The position numbers and the translations under genes are program-made. Positions 1 to 8,293 of a stretch of DNA of 64,000 nt are shown here, one piece after another. The first letter of the stretch is position 1, and each line of letters opens with the position of its first letter. The notes beneath the pieces are model-generated. The model searched no databases and had not been told where the DNA came from. It saw only the letters and a program-made list of their open reading frames with translations. Source of the stretch: Candidatus Uhrbacteria bacterium (GTDB taxonomy: Bacteria; Patescibacteriota; Patescibacteriia; JACRJV01); the NCBI GenBank assembly GCA_016215325.1, contig JACRJV010000027.1, forward strand, positions 16,090 to 80,089, written 5' to 3'.

Positions 1-168
1 GGGGTACCCTTCGGAATATTTGTTTGTGCCGATGCACCCTAACGCATCTAAGACGGATCGCGAAACAAAATTTTCGGACGGAATCATTTCTAGCCCGTCG
101 CGTTGACGATGCAGTTCTGTTTCGAGCAATTGGGCGATCTCCAGGTCGCTCTGGGAAAGATGGGACAT
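1..168 (-). CDS. glyA: Serine hydroxymethyltransferase, N-terminal 56 aa only; the gene continues beyond the window start
   Basis: Minus-strand translation [56 protein letters not shown] matches the conserved SHMT N-terminus (ENF...TNKYAEGYP). Confidence 0.8.
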   Translation of the reverse strand, partial: MSHLSQSDLEIAQLLETELHRQRDGLEMIPSENFVSRSVLDALGCIGTNKYSEGYP

Positions 169-293
169 ACACCGAGAGGTGAAGATATGAAGAGGCGAAG
201 GTATAGAGAAGAGAATGCGTTATTATCTTACGGGAGCAGCGTTGGATTGACAATGGGGATAAAATAGGTTGTGTCGATGGGCTCTGATTTGAT

Positions 294-2135
294 TCAGTCC
301 ATGATTTGTTTGACCATATAGGTTCCTTGGAGTTCGTAGCCGAGTTTTCGATAGTACTCGCGGACCCCAACGCCAGCGATCACGGTGACTTTTAGGATGC
401 CGTGTTCTTTGACGATATCTTCTGCTTTTTTCATGAGTTGCCGTCCTAGTCCGATGTGTTGCACATGCCCGTCCTCTGATTCATGATTTATAATTCCTGA
501 TTCCAGTCGGACAAGTTGCCCGTAGGTGTGGAGTTCGCGGATAAATGCGCAGTCGCGTATTTCGGGAAGGAGTTCGTACAATTGTTTCTTGCTCACTGGT
601 TCTTGTTCACTGTTTGTGGGTATCCGCAATCGGCAGAAGGCATACACCACTTCGCGATCTTCACTTTCGAAACTCAAAAAATATTCTTTGCCGTCACTCG
701 CTTCGTATTCTTCGACAAAGGGTTCAGTACGGTCTATACCCTGAACCCTATACCCCATACCTTTGTGATGACCAACTTCTCGGCACCGTAAACACTGGCA
801 TGTTAATCCGCGCTCCCTCATGATCTTTTGTACAGTTTCGCGTAAGTTTGTCACCGCATTGCCAGCAGCGATGTGTTGGGACGGAATATCGCGAATCAAG
901 CGTGAGATCCGGCAGTAGCGCGGAATAATTTGTGATTTGATCGTGATGAGCGTTTCGATAAGATCGTTGTCAGAGTACGGAGTGTACTTCCCGCTCTTCC
1001 ACCATTGGTAGAGTTCGGCCGAAGGCGTCACCACGCACGGGTAAATTTTGACCATGTCCGGACGGAATCGAGGGTCATCAAAGAGGAGTCGAAACATCTC
1101 AATATCCTTTTGAGCTGTTGCGCCTGGCAATTGCGGCATCATGTGAAGATCAACTTTGAAGCCAGCTTCGCGCAAGAGGGCTATGGCATGGGCAATACTG
1201 GCCACATCATGTCCGCGTTTAATCAACGTGAGGATGTCATCATCAATCGCTTGAGCGCCCAACTCCACCCGCGTGCACCCGAGCACTCGGAGTTGCCGCA
1301 CCTCGGCTTCGTTGATCCAGTCGGGTCGTGTTTCGAGGGTGAGCCCGATAATGCGGTGGGAGGCTGTTTCGTTCAAGTGTTGTTCCGATAGGACTTCTTC
1401 CTCTGTCGATTCTCCCGTGGCCCACCTTCCCTTTTTGTTGTAGGTCTCGACGAGTGCACGGTCGCCTTGGTTGAGTTGTTCGACATCCGAATACTGTTGA
1501 GAAGCATAATGCGAATATGCGAATGTATTCGAATACAACGAATTTGTTGTATTTGCATCAATTTGCATATTCGCATTATGATATTCGTTTGCGGCGCGAT
1601 AGCATTCTTTCAAAAACCACCGTTGGTACGCCTTGGGATACGCGCTCCAGGTGCCCCCTTTTACGATGAGTTCGATTTTGTCCGTTGGGTGGCCATTGCC
1701 CTCAAGCACCGCTAGTCGGCGAACCATTTGCTCGTACGGGTCAAAATTAAGGCGCAGTGCGCGTTGGGCGGCAGGCTCTGTTTCGATGTAACTTTTGGGC
1801 ATGCGTACTTCGGTGGGGCAATAGACGCATTGGCCCGGACACGCGTAGGGTTTGACCAGTACCGTGATGATCGCCACTCCGGAAAGGGTGCGTACTTCTC
1901 GTACGCGCAGGAGGCGCTCCAACGATGCGAGACCCGATCGTTCGGGCATCGAACGGATCCCATTCAAGAGTTGTTGATTGCTGATGATCCCGACTGCAAA
2001 TTCTTTTGCGACTCTCCGTTTCCATAACGAAAGCTGCCCAATAGTTTTTGGTTGAGTTTTGAGTAAATCTGCGATAAGCTCTGGAGGAAGCGCCATAGTA
2101 TTTATGCAGTCTATCAGAGATACTGAAATACTCAA
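294..2135 (-). CDS. elp3: Elp3-like tRNA uridine(34) acetyltransferase: radical SAM domain plus C-terminal GNAT domain, with an in-frame low-complexity insertion
   Basis: Radical SAM motif CPGQCVYCP; C-terminal GNAT motif QHIGLGRQLM; length 613 aa; alternative start at M14 (about 2096). Confidence 0.85.
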   Translation of the reverse strand: MSISVSLIDCINTMALPPELIADLLKTQPKTIGQLSLWKRRVAKEFAVGIISNQQLLNGIRSMPERSGLASLERLLRVREVRTLSGVAIITVLVKPYACPGQCVYCPTEVRMPKSYIETEPAAQRALRLNFDPYEQMVRRLAVLEGNGHPTDKIELIVKGGTWSAYPKAYQRWFLKECYRAANEYHNANMQIDANTTNSLYSNTFAYSHYASQQYSDVEQLNQGDRALVETYNKKGRWATGESTEEEVLSEQHLNETASHRIIGLTLETRPDWINEAEVRQLRVLGCTRVELGAQAIDDDILTLIKRGHDVASIAHAIALLREAGFKVDLHMMPQLPGATAQKDIEMFRLLFDDPRFRPDMVKIYPCVVTPSAELYQWWKSGKYTPYSDNDLIETLITIKSQIIPRYCRISRLIRDIPSQHIAAGNAVTNLRETVQKIMRERGLTCQCLRCREVGHHKGMGYRVQGIDRTEPFVEEYEASDGKEYFLSFESEDREVVYAFCRLRIPTNSEQEPVSKKQLYELLPEIRDCAFIRELHTYGQLVRLESGIINHESEDGHVQHIGLGRQLMKKAEDIVKEHGILKVTVIAGVGVREYYRKLGYELQGTYMVKQIMD

Positions 2136-2802
2136 CAGCGTTACCCAAACCTACGATGCCATCGCTGGCAGTTGGGATCGAGTGCGTCGTCGCCCCGGCA
2201 AGGTTTGGAACGTCCTGTTGCCGTATATTCACGAAGGTGATCGGGTGCTTGATATCGGATGCGGGAGTGGGCGACTCTACGAGTTTCTCCGATCGAAGAA
2301 TGCTGCGTACACGGGGATTGACGGCAGCCGTGAGTTGATTGAAATCGCTCGAGCGAGATATTCAATATCTCCGTCATTCCTCGTCTCTCCCATGCAATCG
2401 CTGCCGTTAGGGAACGCATCGTTTGATGTGATTTGCTGCCTTGCGGCATTCCATCATCTGCCCTCTGTAGCGATCCGGCAACACGTTCTTGATGAGTTCA
2501 GGCGGGTGCTTACACCGACCGGGGTTCTGTTGATGACCAATTGGAGCACATACCACCTCCTCTCTTCATGGCGGCTGCGACCATTGCCCATTCTTACCGG
2601 TCGGCGCGATGTGATGATCCCGTGGAAGCTCCCTGATGGCCGAGTCTATCAGCGCTTCTATCATGCATTCCTGCTTTCGGAACTTTCGGCGTTGCTTGAA
2701 GCTTCGGGATGGGAGATCAAAACGGCATGCTATATTGGCCAGCATGGAATGACGCGTTGGTTTCGATCGCTCTATTCTTTTGTGGTTGCGACACCTCAAT
2801 AA
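2104..2802 (+). CDS. Class I SAM-dependent methyltransferase
   Basis: Motif I VLDIGCGSGRLYEFL; start taken at the internal Met (MQSIRD) so it does not run through the elp3 5' end. Confidence 0.7.
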   Translation: MQSIRDTEILNSVTQTYDAIAGSWDRVRRRPGKVWNVLLPYIHEGDRVLDIGCGSGRLYEFLRSKNAAYTGIDGSRELIEIARARYSISPSFLVSPMQSLPLGNASFDVICCLAAFHHLPSVAIRQHVLDEFRRVLTPTGVLLMTNWSTYHLLSSWRLRPLPILTGRRDVMIPWKLPDGRVYQRFYHAFLLSELSALLEASGWEIKTACYIGQHGMTRWFRSLYSFVVATPQ

Positions 2803-2864
2803 TCACGGTATACTTGCCTCATTCCACATCTGCCATTGTACATCACATATTACCTATTATTGGT

Positions 2865-3974
2865 ATGAATCGTTTTCACTCAGGTATTATTATTGGGGTA
2901 GTCGCCATCACCGCGCCTCTTCTCGTTTGGGCGCAAGGCACAATTATTCACCCTGCTGACCAGGTGCATGAGGGCAATTATATCCGCGCTGCGCAGAGTA
3001 TCCAAATTCTAGGCAAGGTGACCAAAGACGTCGTGGTTATAGGGCGCGATATCGTGATAGACGGTCCGATCGAGGGCGACGCGATTATCGTGGGGCAGAA
3101 CGTCGTTATTCATTCTACGATTGGCGGCAATGTTCGGATTCTGGCGAGCACCGTATTGCTGGATGCCGCTGTCGCGAAGAATGCCACAATGCTTGCGGGG
3201 AATTTGGGCACCACCCCAACAGCTCGTGTCGGATGGGATTTGACCGTATTCGCTGATCGGGCAGACCTGCAAGGAACCATTGATGGATGGTTGTGGATCC
3301 GCAGCCGGCATGTCAATCTTGCCGCTACGGTTGGCAATGATGCGGATGTCCAAACGGGTTCCGCGTTGTCGGTTGCAAAAAACGCCCAGGTCAAGGGGAC
3401 GCTCAAGTACTCTGGCAAGCACACTGCTGCCATCGCAGAAGGATCATCGCTTGGGAATGTTGAGTATCGCCAAGCCGGGGCAAAAGACAATGGCCGTAGA
3501 TCGGGTCGGAATCGTCCGCCGTTGTTCTGGCCGCTTGTGTTCTTATTTGGCGCCTGGGTGGTGGGAGGGGTATTGCTGGTTCTGGCAGAGCCTTGGCTCG
3601 CTCAAAACGCACGGCGGTTGCAGCAGAAACCGCTGGCCACTATTGGATGGGGAGTGGTCGGACTCGTTGTCGCTCCCGTGTTGATTATGATCCTCGCAGT
3701 AACATTGATCGGCATCCCGTTGGCAGTCCTGTTGACGATGTTTTATGGTATGCTCGTCTACTGCGCGCGTGTGATTATTGGGTATAGCCTCGCCAGTATT
3801 ATCCAGACGCGTACAAATTCTAAACTCCCTCCCATGGCGCTTATGGTCGTCGGGATAGCTGCCTATGTGTTGCTCATTCGACTCCCGTTGATTGGCCCGG
3901 TGTTGGGCTTGCTCGGGACGGTCCTGGCATTTGGGCTCGTGATCCAGACAGTGACGAAGAGGTATGAGCATTGA
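2865..3974 (+). CDS. Membrane protein with an N-terminal beta-helical (bactofilin/polymer-forming-like) repeat domain and C-terminal transmembrane helices
   Basis: Repetitive V/I-G-x-N-V pattern (VVVIGRDIVIDGPIEGDAIIVGQNVVIHSTIGGNV...); about 4 hydrophobic helices at the C-terminus; start moved to the internal Met with an N-terminal signal/TM. Confidence 0.5.
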   Translation: MNRFHSGIIIGVVAITAPLLVWAQGTIIHPADQVHEGNYIRAAQSIQILGKVTKDVVVIGRDIVIDGPIEGDAIIVGQNVVIHSTIGGNVRILASTVLLDAAVAKNATMLAGNLGTTPTARVGWDLTVFADRADLQGTIDGWLWIRSRHVNLAATVGNDADVQTGSALSVAKNAQVKGTLKYSGKHTAAIAEGSSLGNVEYRQAGAKDNGRRSGRNRPPLFWPLVFLFGAWVVGGVLLVLAEPWLAQNARRLQQKPLATIGWGVVGLVVAPVLIMILAVTLIGIPLAVLLTMFYGMLVYCARVIIGYSLASIIQTRTNSKLPPMALMVVGIAAYVLLIRLPLIGPVLGLLGTVLAFGLVIQTVTKRYEH

Positions 3975-5364
3975 TCCCGCAATCTTTAAGGCATACGACA
4001 TCCGTGGGGTTGTCCCAAGCCAACTCAATGAAGAGATTGCCTATGCCATTGGTCGAGCTTTTGTCGTGTGGCTTGCGGGGCAGAGGGATCCGGCACCAAC
4101 GATTGTTGTTGCTCGTGATGGGCGGATTTCCGGACCATCATTATTCGAGGCGGTCAAACAAGGGCTCGCTGATCAAGGCGCATCCGTCATCGATGTGGGG
4201 GTTCTGGCATCAGAGCAGTTTTATTTCGCATGCGCCTATGTTGGTGCGCCAGGAGTGACGGTGACCGCCAGTCACAACCCCAAAGAGTATAATGGGATGA
4301 AGTTTGTAAAAAAAATTCCGTTCTTCTTGAGTGGGGACCAGGGCATTCAGGAATTACGAACATTGGTGGAGCAGAGCCAATGGCCGGAGGTGAGTAAGAA
4401 AGGCACCGTGCGCACAGAAGACATCCGGTCGCTGTATGTCGAAAAATTGTTTTCGATAATTCCGACCTCCGACCTCCGACCTCCGACTTCTCGGCCCCAA
4501 CCTCCGACAGTAGTGATCGATACTGCCAACGGCGTCGCAGGCCCGATTATCACCGATATTGCATCAGCGCTGCCCGTTACCGTCCGACATTTGTTTGCGG
4601 ATGTTGATGGCGCGTTCCCCAATCACCCTGCCGATCCGTTGCGTCCCGAGAATCGGATAGCGGCACAACAAGCGATCCACAACCACAAGGCACAGGCCGG
4701 ATTTTTGTTTGATGGCGACGGCGATCGATGTTTTGTGCTCGACGAAAACGGCGAGCTCGTCCCCAATGAATTTTTGGGAACTCTTTTTGCCCAGGATCTC
4801 CTGTCAGCGCATCCGGGAGCAACATTTATCTACGATGTGCGCAGCTCTTGGGCATTCCCGCGCGTTGTCGAAGCGGCCGGTGGGAAGCCGTTCATGAACC
4901 GCGTTGGGCACGCGTATATCAAACCCCGAATGATGGAGGAAGGTGCGGTCTATGGCATGGAAGTTTCAGGACACCATTACTTTAAAGATTTTTTCTGGTG
5001 TGATTCAGGGGTATTGCCCATGCTCTATACCCTCAAAATAATGAGTAAGACTGGTAAGTCTTTGTCGGAACTGGTAGCCCCCTTGCGTCAGCAATATCAT
5101 TTGAGCGGAGAGTTGAATTATGCTGTCCATGATGCGCCGGGGATCTTAAAGCGGCTCAAAGAGAAATTGGCGGATGCGCCAAAGAAATACGAACTCGATG
5201 GCGTTTCGTTTGAATACCCCGATTGGCATTGTAATGTGCGCAGTTCCAATACCGAACCCTTGTTGCGGTTGAATTTGGAATCCATGGTGAGTAAAGAGCA
5301 TATGGAGGAGAGAAAGAAGGAGATGGAATCAATTATCCTAGAACCTATTACCTCGTCATTATGA
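3964..5364 (+). CDS. Phosphoglucomutase/phosphomannomutase (alpha-D-phosphohexomutase)
   Basis: Active-site motif TASHNPKEYNG and Mg-binding motif FDGDGDR. Confidence 0.9.
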   Translation: MSIDPAIFKAYDIRGVVPSQLNEEIAYAIGRAFVVWLAGQRDPAPTIVVARDGRISGPSLFEAVKQGLADQGASVIDVGVLASEQFYFACAYVGAPGVTVTASHNPKEYNGMKFVKKIPFFLSGDQGIQELRTLVEQSQWPEVSKKGTVRTEDIRSLYVEKLFSIIPTSDLRPPTSRPQPPTVVIDTANGVAGPIITDIASALPVTVRHLFADVDGAFPNHPADPLRPENRIAAQQAIHNHKAQAGFLFDGDGDRCFVLDENGELVPNEFLGTLFAQDLLSAHPGATFIYDVRSSWAFPRVVEAAGGKPFMNRVGHAYIKPRMMEEGAVYGMEVSGHHYFKDFFWCDSGVLPMLYTLKIMSKTGKSLSELVAPLRQQYHLSGELNYAVHDAPGILKRLKEKLADAPKKYELDGVSFEYPDWHCNVRSSNTEPLLRLNLESMVSKEHMEERKKEMESIILEPITSSL

Positions 5365-6164
5365 TCGGCGTATTCGATTCTGGCATCGGCGGCCTCACCG
5401 TCGTCAAAGAAATCACCAAGCAGCTGCCGGGCATGCCAGTCTTATATTTGGGCGATACGGCCCGTACGCCCTATGGCAACAAGAGCCCCGAGACAATTGG
5501 GCAGTATGCACTCCAAGATGCAAGGTTTCTGATCGATCACGGCGCTACCGTGATCGTCGTTGCCTGTAATTCAGCCTCGTCGGTGGCTTCCAAAATTCTA
5601 AATTCTGAATTCGACAATCCAGTGTTTGAGGTGATCACGCCCGCCGCGCGACGTGCCGCAACGCTCACAAAGAAAAAACGTGTTGGAGTGATCGGCACAC
5701 GTGCAACGATTGGTAGTCGTGCCTACGAACAAGCAATACATGCGGTTGACGATCGTGTCAGTGTCATGGGTCAGGCGTGCCCACTGTTTGTCCCACTTAT
5801 TGAAGAAGGTTGGGCCAAGAAAGGGGAGACCACCCGGATTGTAAAATTGAGTCTTCAAGGCCTTAAAACCAAAAACATCGACACCCTGATTTTAGGCTGC
5901 ACGCATTACCCGATTATTCGCGACCTCATCCATGCCAAAATCGGAAAGCGGGTAACATTGGTAGACCCGGCTGAAGAGGTGGTGAAAGATCTGCGACAGT
6001 ATCTTGATGCACATCAGGCAGTGGCACAGTCATTGCGTTCCGCTGCAGACCATCGGTTTATGGTCACCGACGTCACGGAACATTTCCAATCTATTGCCCA
6101 GAGTTGGCTTAAGCGGAGTGTTCGGTTGGAGAAAGTGACATTCGGCGAAGGCCCAGGGGTATGA
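5361..6164 (+). CDS. murI: Glutamate racemase
   Basis: N-terminal GVFDSGIGGLTV, VVACNSAS and LGCTHYP motifs; 4-nt overlap with upstream and downstream genes. Confidence 0.9.
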   Translation: MIGVFDSGIGGLTVVKEITKQLPGMPVLYLGDTARTPYGNKSPETIGQYALQDARFLIDHGATVIVVACNSASSVASKILNSEFDNPVFEVITPAARRAATLTKKKRVGVIGTRATIGSRAYEQAIHAVDDRVSVMGQACPLFVPLIEEGWAKKGETTRIVKLSLQGLKTKNIDTLILGCTHYPIIRDLIHAKIGKRVTLVDPAEEVVKDLRQYLDAHQAVAQSLRSAADHRFMVTDVTEHFQSIAQSWLKRSVRLEKVTFGEGPGV

Positions 6165-6940
6165 ATGTTGTCCAAGCAAGTATCCTCGGTCTTGTTGAGG
6201 GGGTAACTGAATTCCTCCCGGTCTCTTCGACCGGGCATTTGATTTTGGCGAGCCGTTTTCTTGGCATCGTCCAGGATGAATTTGTCAAAAGCTTCGAGAT
6301 TATCATCCAGCTCGGCGCCATACTTGCGGTGGGGGTATTATATGCGCCCCGGTTTTGGTCACAACGGAGGCTCTTGCTGCCGGTGATCGTTGGATTTCTG
6401 CCCACGGCGGTGATCGGCCTCGTATTTTACAAGCTGGTCAAAACGTATCTATTAGGCAATACAATGGTGGTTGTCGCCTCGTTGGCGATTGGTGGCGTCG
6501 TGATGATTGTGGTGGAGGGCTGGCTGCCCAAGCACTTCGTGCGCGTTCGCGCGACGCCGGAGTCCATCAGTGTGCGGGATGCGGTGCTCATCGGAATATT
6601 CCAATCGATCGCGATCGTTCCAGGCGTTTCGCGTTCTGCGGCCACGATTATCGGCGGATTGTTGTTGGGCATTGAACGCAAGACTGCTGTTGAATTTTCT
6701 TTTCTGTTGGCCATCCCCACCATGGTGGCGGCCACTGCCTTAGATCTTTTCAAAAATCCGCAGATATTTTCCGGGGGAGATGCGGGAGTGCTTGCCGTTG
6801 GATTTATTTTTTCATTTATCACAGCGCTATTGAGCATTCGATGGCTCTTGGGGTATGTAAAACATCATACCTTCACCGCATTTGGGCTCTATCGGATTAC
6901 CCTGGCAGCGTTTGTTGCAGGTGTCATGTTGTGGTCATAG
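6161..6940 (+). CDS. uppP: Undecaprenyl-diphosphatase
   Basis: BacA/UppP motifs VSSTGHL and SRSAATIIGGLLLG; polytopic membrane protein. Confidence 0.9.
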   Translation: MNVVQASILGLVEGVTEFLPVSSTGHLILASRFLGIVQDEFVKSFEIIIQLGAILAVGVLYAPRFWSQRRLLLPVIVGFLPTAVIGLVFYKLVKTYLLGNTMVVVASLAIGGVVMIVVEGWLPKHFVRVRATPESISVRDAVLIGIFQSIAIVPGVSRSAATIIGGLLLGIERKTAVEFSFLLAIPTMVAATALDLFKNPQIFSGGDAGVLAVGFIFSFITALLSIRWLLGYVKHHTFTAFGLYRITLAAFVAGVMLWS

Positions 6941-7037
6941 TGCAGTCGTAGCAACGACGAGATTGTAAGGAAAGCAATCCTCCTGCGTCAACTGTCTTTA
7001 CCTTGGCAACGGCGCGCCCCTTTTTGAGCGTTTCCGC

Positions 7038-7056
7038 GAATACCATTGAGTATCTA
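7038..7056 (+). promoter_or_regulatory. Conserved 19-nt leader motif GAATACCATTGAGTATCTA, copy 1, abutting the start codon of the first GAF-ANTAR gene
   Basis: An identical 19-mer occurs at about 11247-11265 upstream of the paralogous gene. Confidence 0.55.
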
Positions 7057-7796
7057 TGCCACCAATCAACCGGGTATCGCGTGCCCATCCTGCGGGATGG
7101 TACGCAGAGCTTGATGTTCTTTACCAAGTGACCGAGATCATTGGCTCTCATCATGATTTGGATTTCATTTTCCAGCGGTTGACTGCGCTCATCGGAGAGA
7201 TCACAGAGTCTGATGCGTGCCTCTTGTTCGTGCGCATGGGGGATCATCTTGTCCTGCGGGCATCGCAGCGTGAGTACCACAGCATCGTTGGTCGACTCAA
7301 CGTCGCCGTCGGCCAGGGAATTACCGGTTGGGTTGCGCGGCATGGGGAGCCGGTGGTATTGAGCAATCGGGCATCCCACGACCCGCGGTTCCACCATGTG
7401 AGCGAAGTGCCGGACCACCAGTTTGAAGCGTTCACAGCGTTACCATTTTTTTTCCGCAGCACTGTTATTGGGGTCGTGAATATTTATCATGAACGCCGCT
7501 GGCATTGCCCGGAGCATATCCTCCATCTGCTGATGGTGATTGGCCGGCAAGTGGGTGCCGCGATCGAACATGCCCGCCAGTTGGAAGAGCGCAAGACGCT
7601 CCAAAGCGTGATCGCAACCCGAAAACAGGTTGATCGGGCGACGAAATTTTTATCCCACACCCTAAAAATGACAACGGAGCAAGCGTATGGTGTTCTTCTG
7701 TTGCAGAGCCGGAAAACCGGCCGCACTATCAAAGAATTGGCGAGAGCCTATGCTCTGGCCGGCCGGCAACAGACGTCAGTTCTTGATCGTTCGTGA
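7056..7796 (+). CDS. GAF-ANTAR RNA-binding antitermination regulator
   Basis: N-terminal GAF-like domain; C-terminal ANTAR-like helix region (QAYGVLLLQSRKTGRTIKELARAYA); paralog at 11278. Confidence 0.75.
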   Translation: MPPINRVSRAHPAGWYAELDVLYQVTEIIGSHHDLDFIFQRLTALIGEITESDACLLFVRMGDHLVLRASQREYHSIVGRLNVAVGQGITGWVARHGEPVVLSNRASHDPRFHHVSEVPDHQFEAFTALPFFFRSTVIGVVNIYHERRWHCPEHILHLLMVIGRQVGAAIEHARQLEERKTLQSVIATRKQVDRATKFLSHTLKMTTEQAYGVLLLQSRKTGRTIKELARAYALAGRQQTSVLDRS

Positions 7797-7835
7797 GTAT
7801 TACTCTCTCGCCATTTTTGTGTTATAGTCAGAACA

Positions 7836-8225
7836 TTGGCATCGTTTTCTATTTGTATGCTCGACCAAAACGACCTGCAACAAATCAAAGAGATCGTCTT
7901 GGAGTCCGAGAAACGGACTACGTCTCATATTATTGCCGCTGCGGGCGAAATGGTTGAGCAGCAAATATTGCCGAGGCTGGATCATCTAGAGCAAGAACTG
8001 GAACGTCTGCGAAAAGATGTTACGCGCCTGGAAAGTCAAATGGTCACCAAAGAATACTTGGATCGCAAATTCGCCGATGAATTTTCCGATTTTTATCAGC
8101 GACTGAAGCGCGAGTGGTGGAGTAAGGATGTGCAGTGGAAACAGCGTGTCATCACTATTTTACAAAACGCAAAAATCGCCAGTGGTGAGGATCTCCAAGA
8201 ACTCAAATCGTTGATTGGCGTGTAA
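7836..8225 (+). CDS. Hypothetical coiled-coil protein; paralog of 59462..59860
   Basis: MLDQNDLQQIKEIV / ESQMVTKEYLDRK matches MLDSNDLKLIGQEV / EATMVTKDYLDEK in the paralog; likely true start at M8 (about 7857). Confidence 0.6.
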   Translation: MASFSICMLDQNDLQQIKEIVLESEKRTTSHIIAAAGEMVEQQILPRLDHLEQELERLRKDVTRLESQMVTKEYLDRKFADEFSDFYQRLKREWWSKDVQWKQRVITILQNAKIASGEDLQELKSLIGV

Positions 8226-8293
8226 GAGTAGTATTGTCCATACGTCTACTATAAAATTGAGCCGCAAAGGGCGTTCCCCTTGCCGATGGCCAT

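Noticed and set aside
294-6164. TGA recoding (genetic code 25 or 4), since only RF1 is present
   Set aside because: TGA terminates several well-defined genes (murI, overlapping the uppP ATG, and the first GAF-ANTAR gene); RF2 is simply outside the window.
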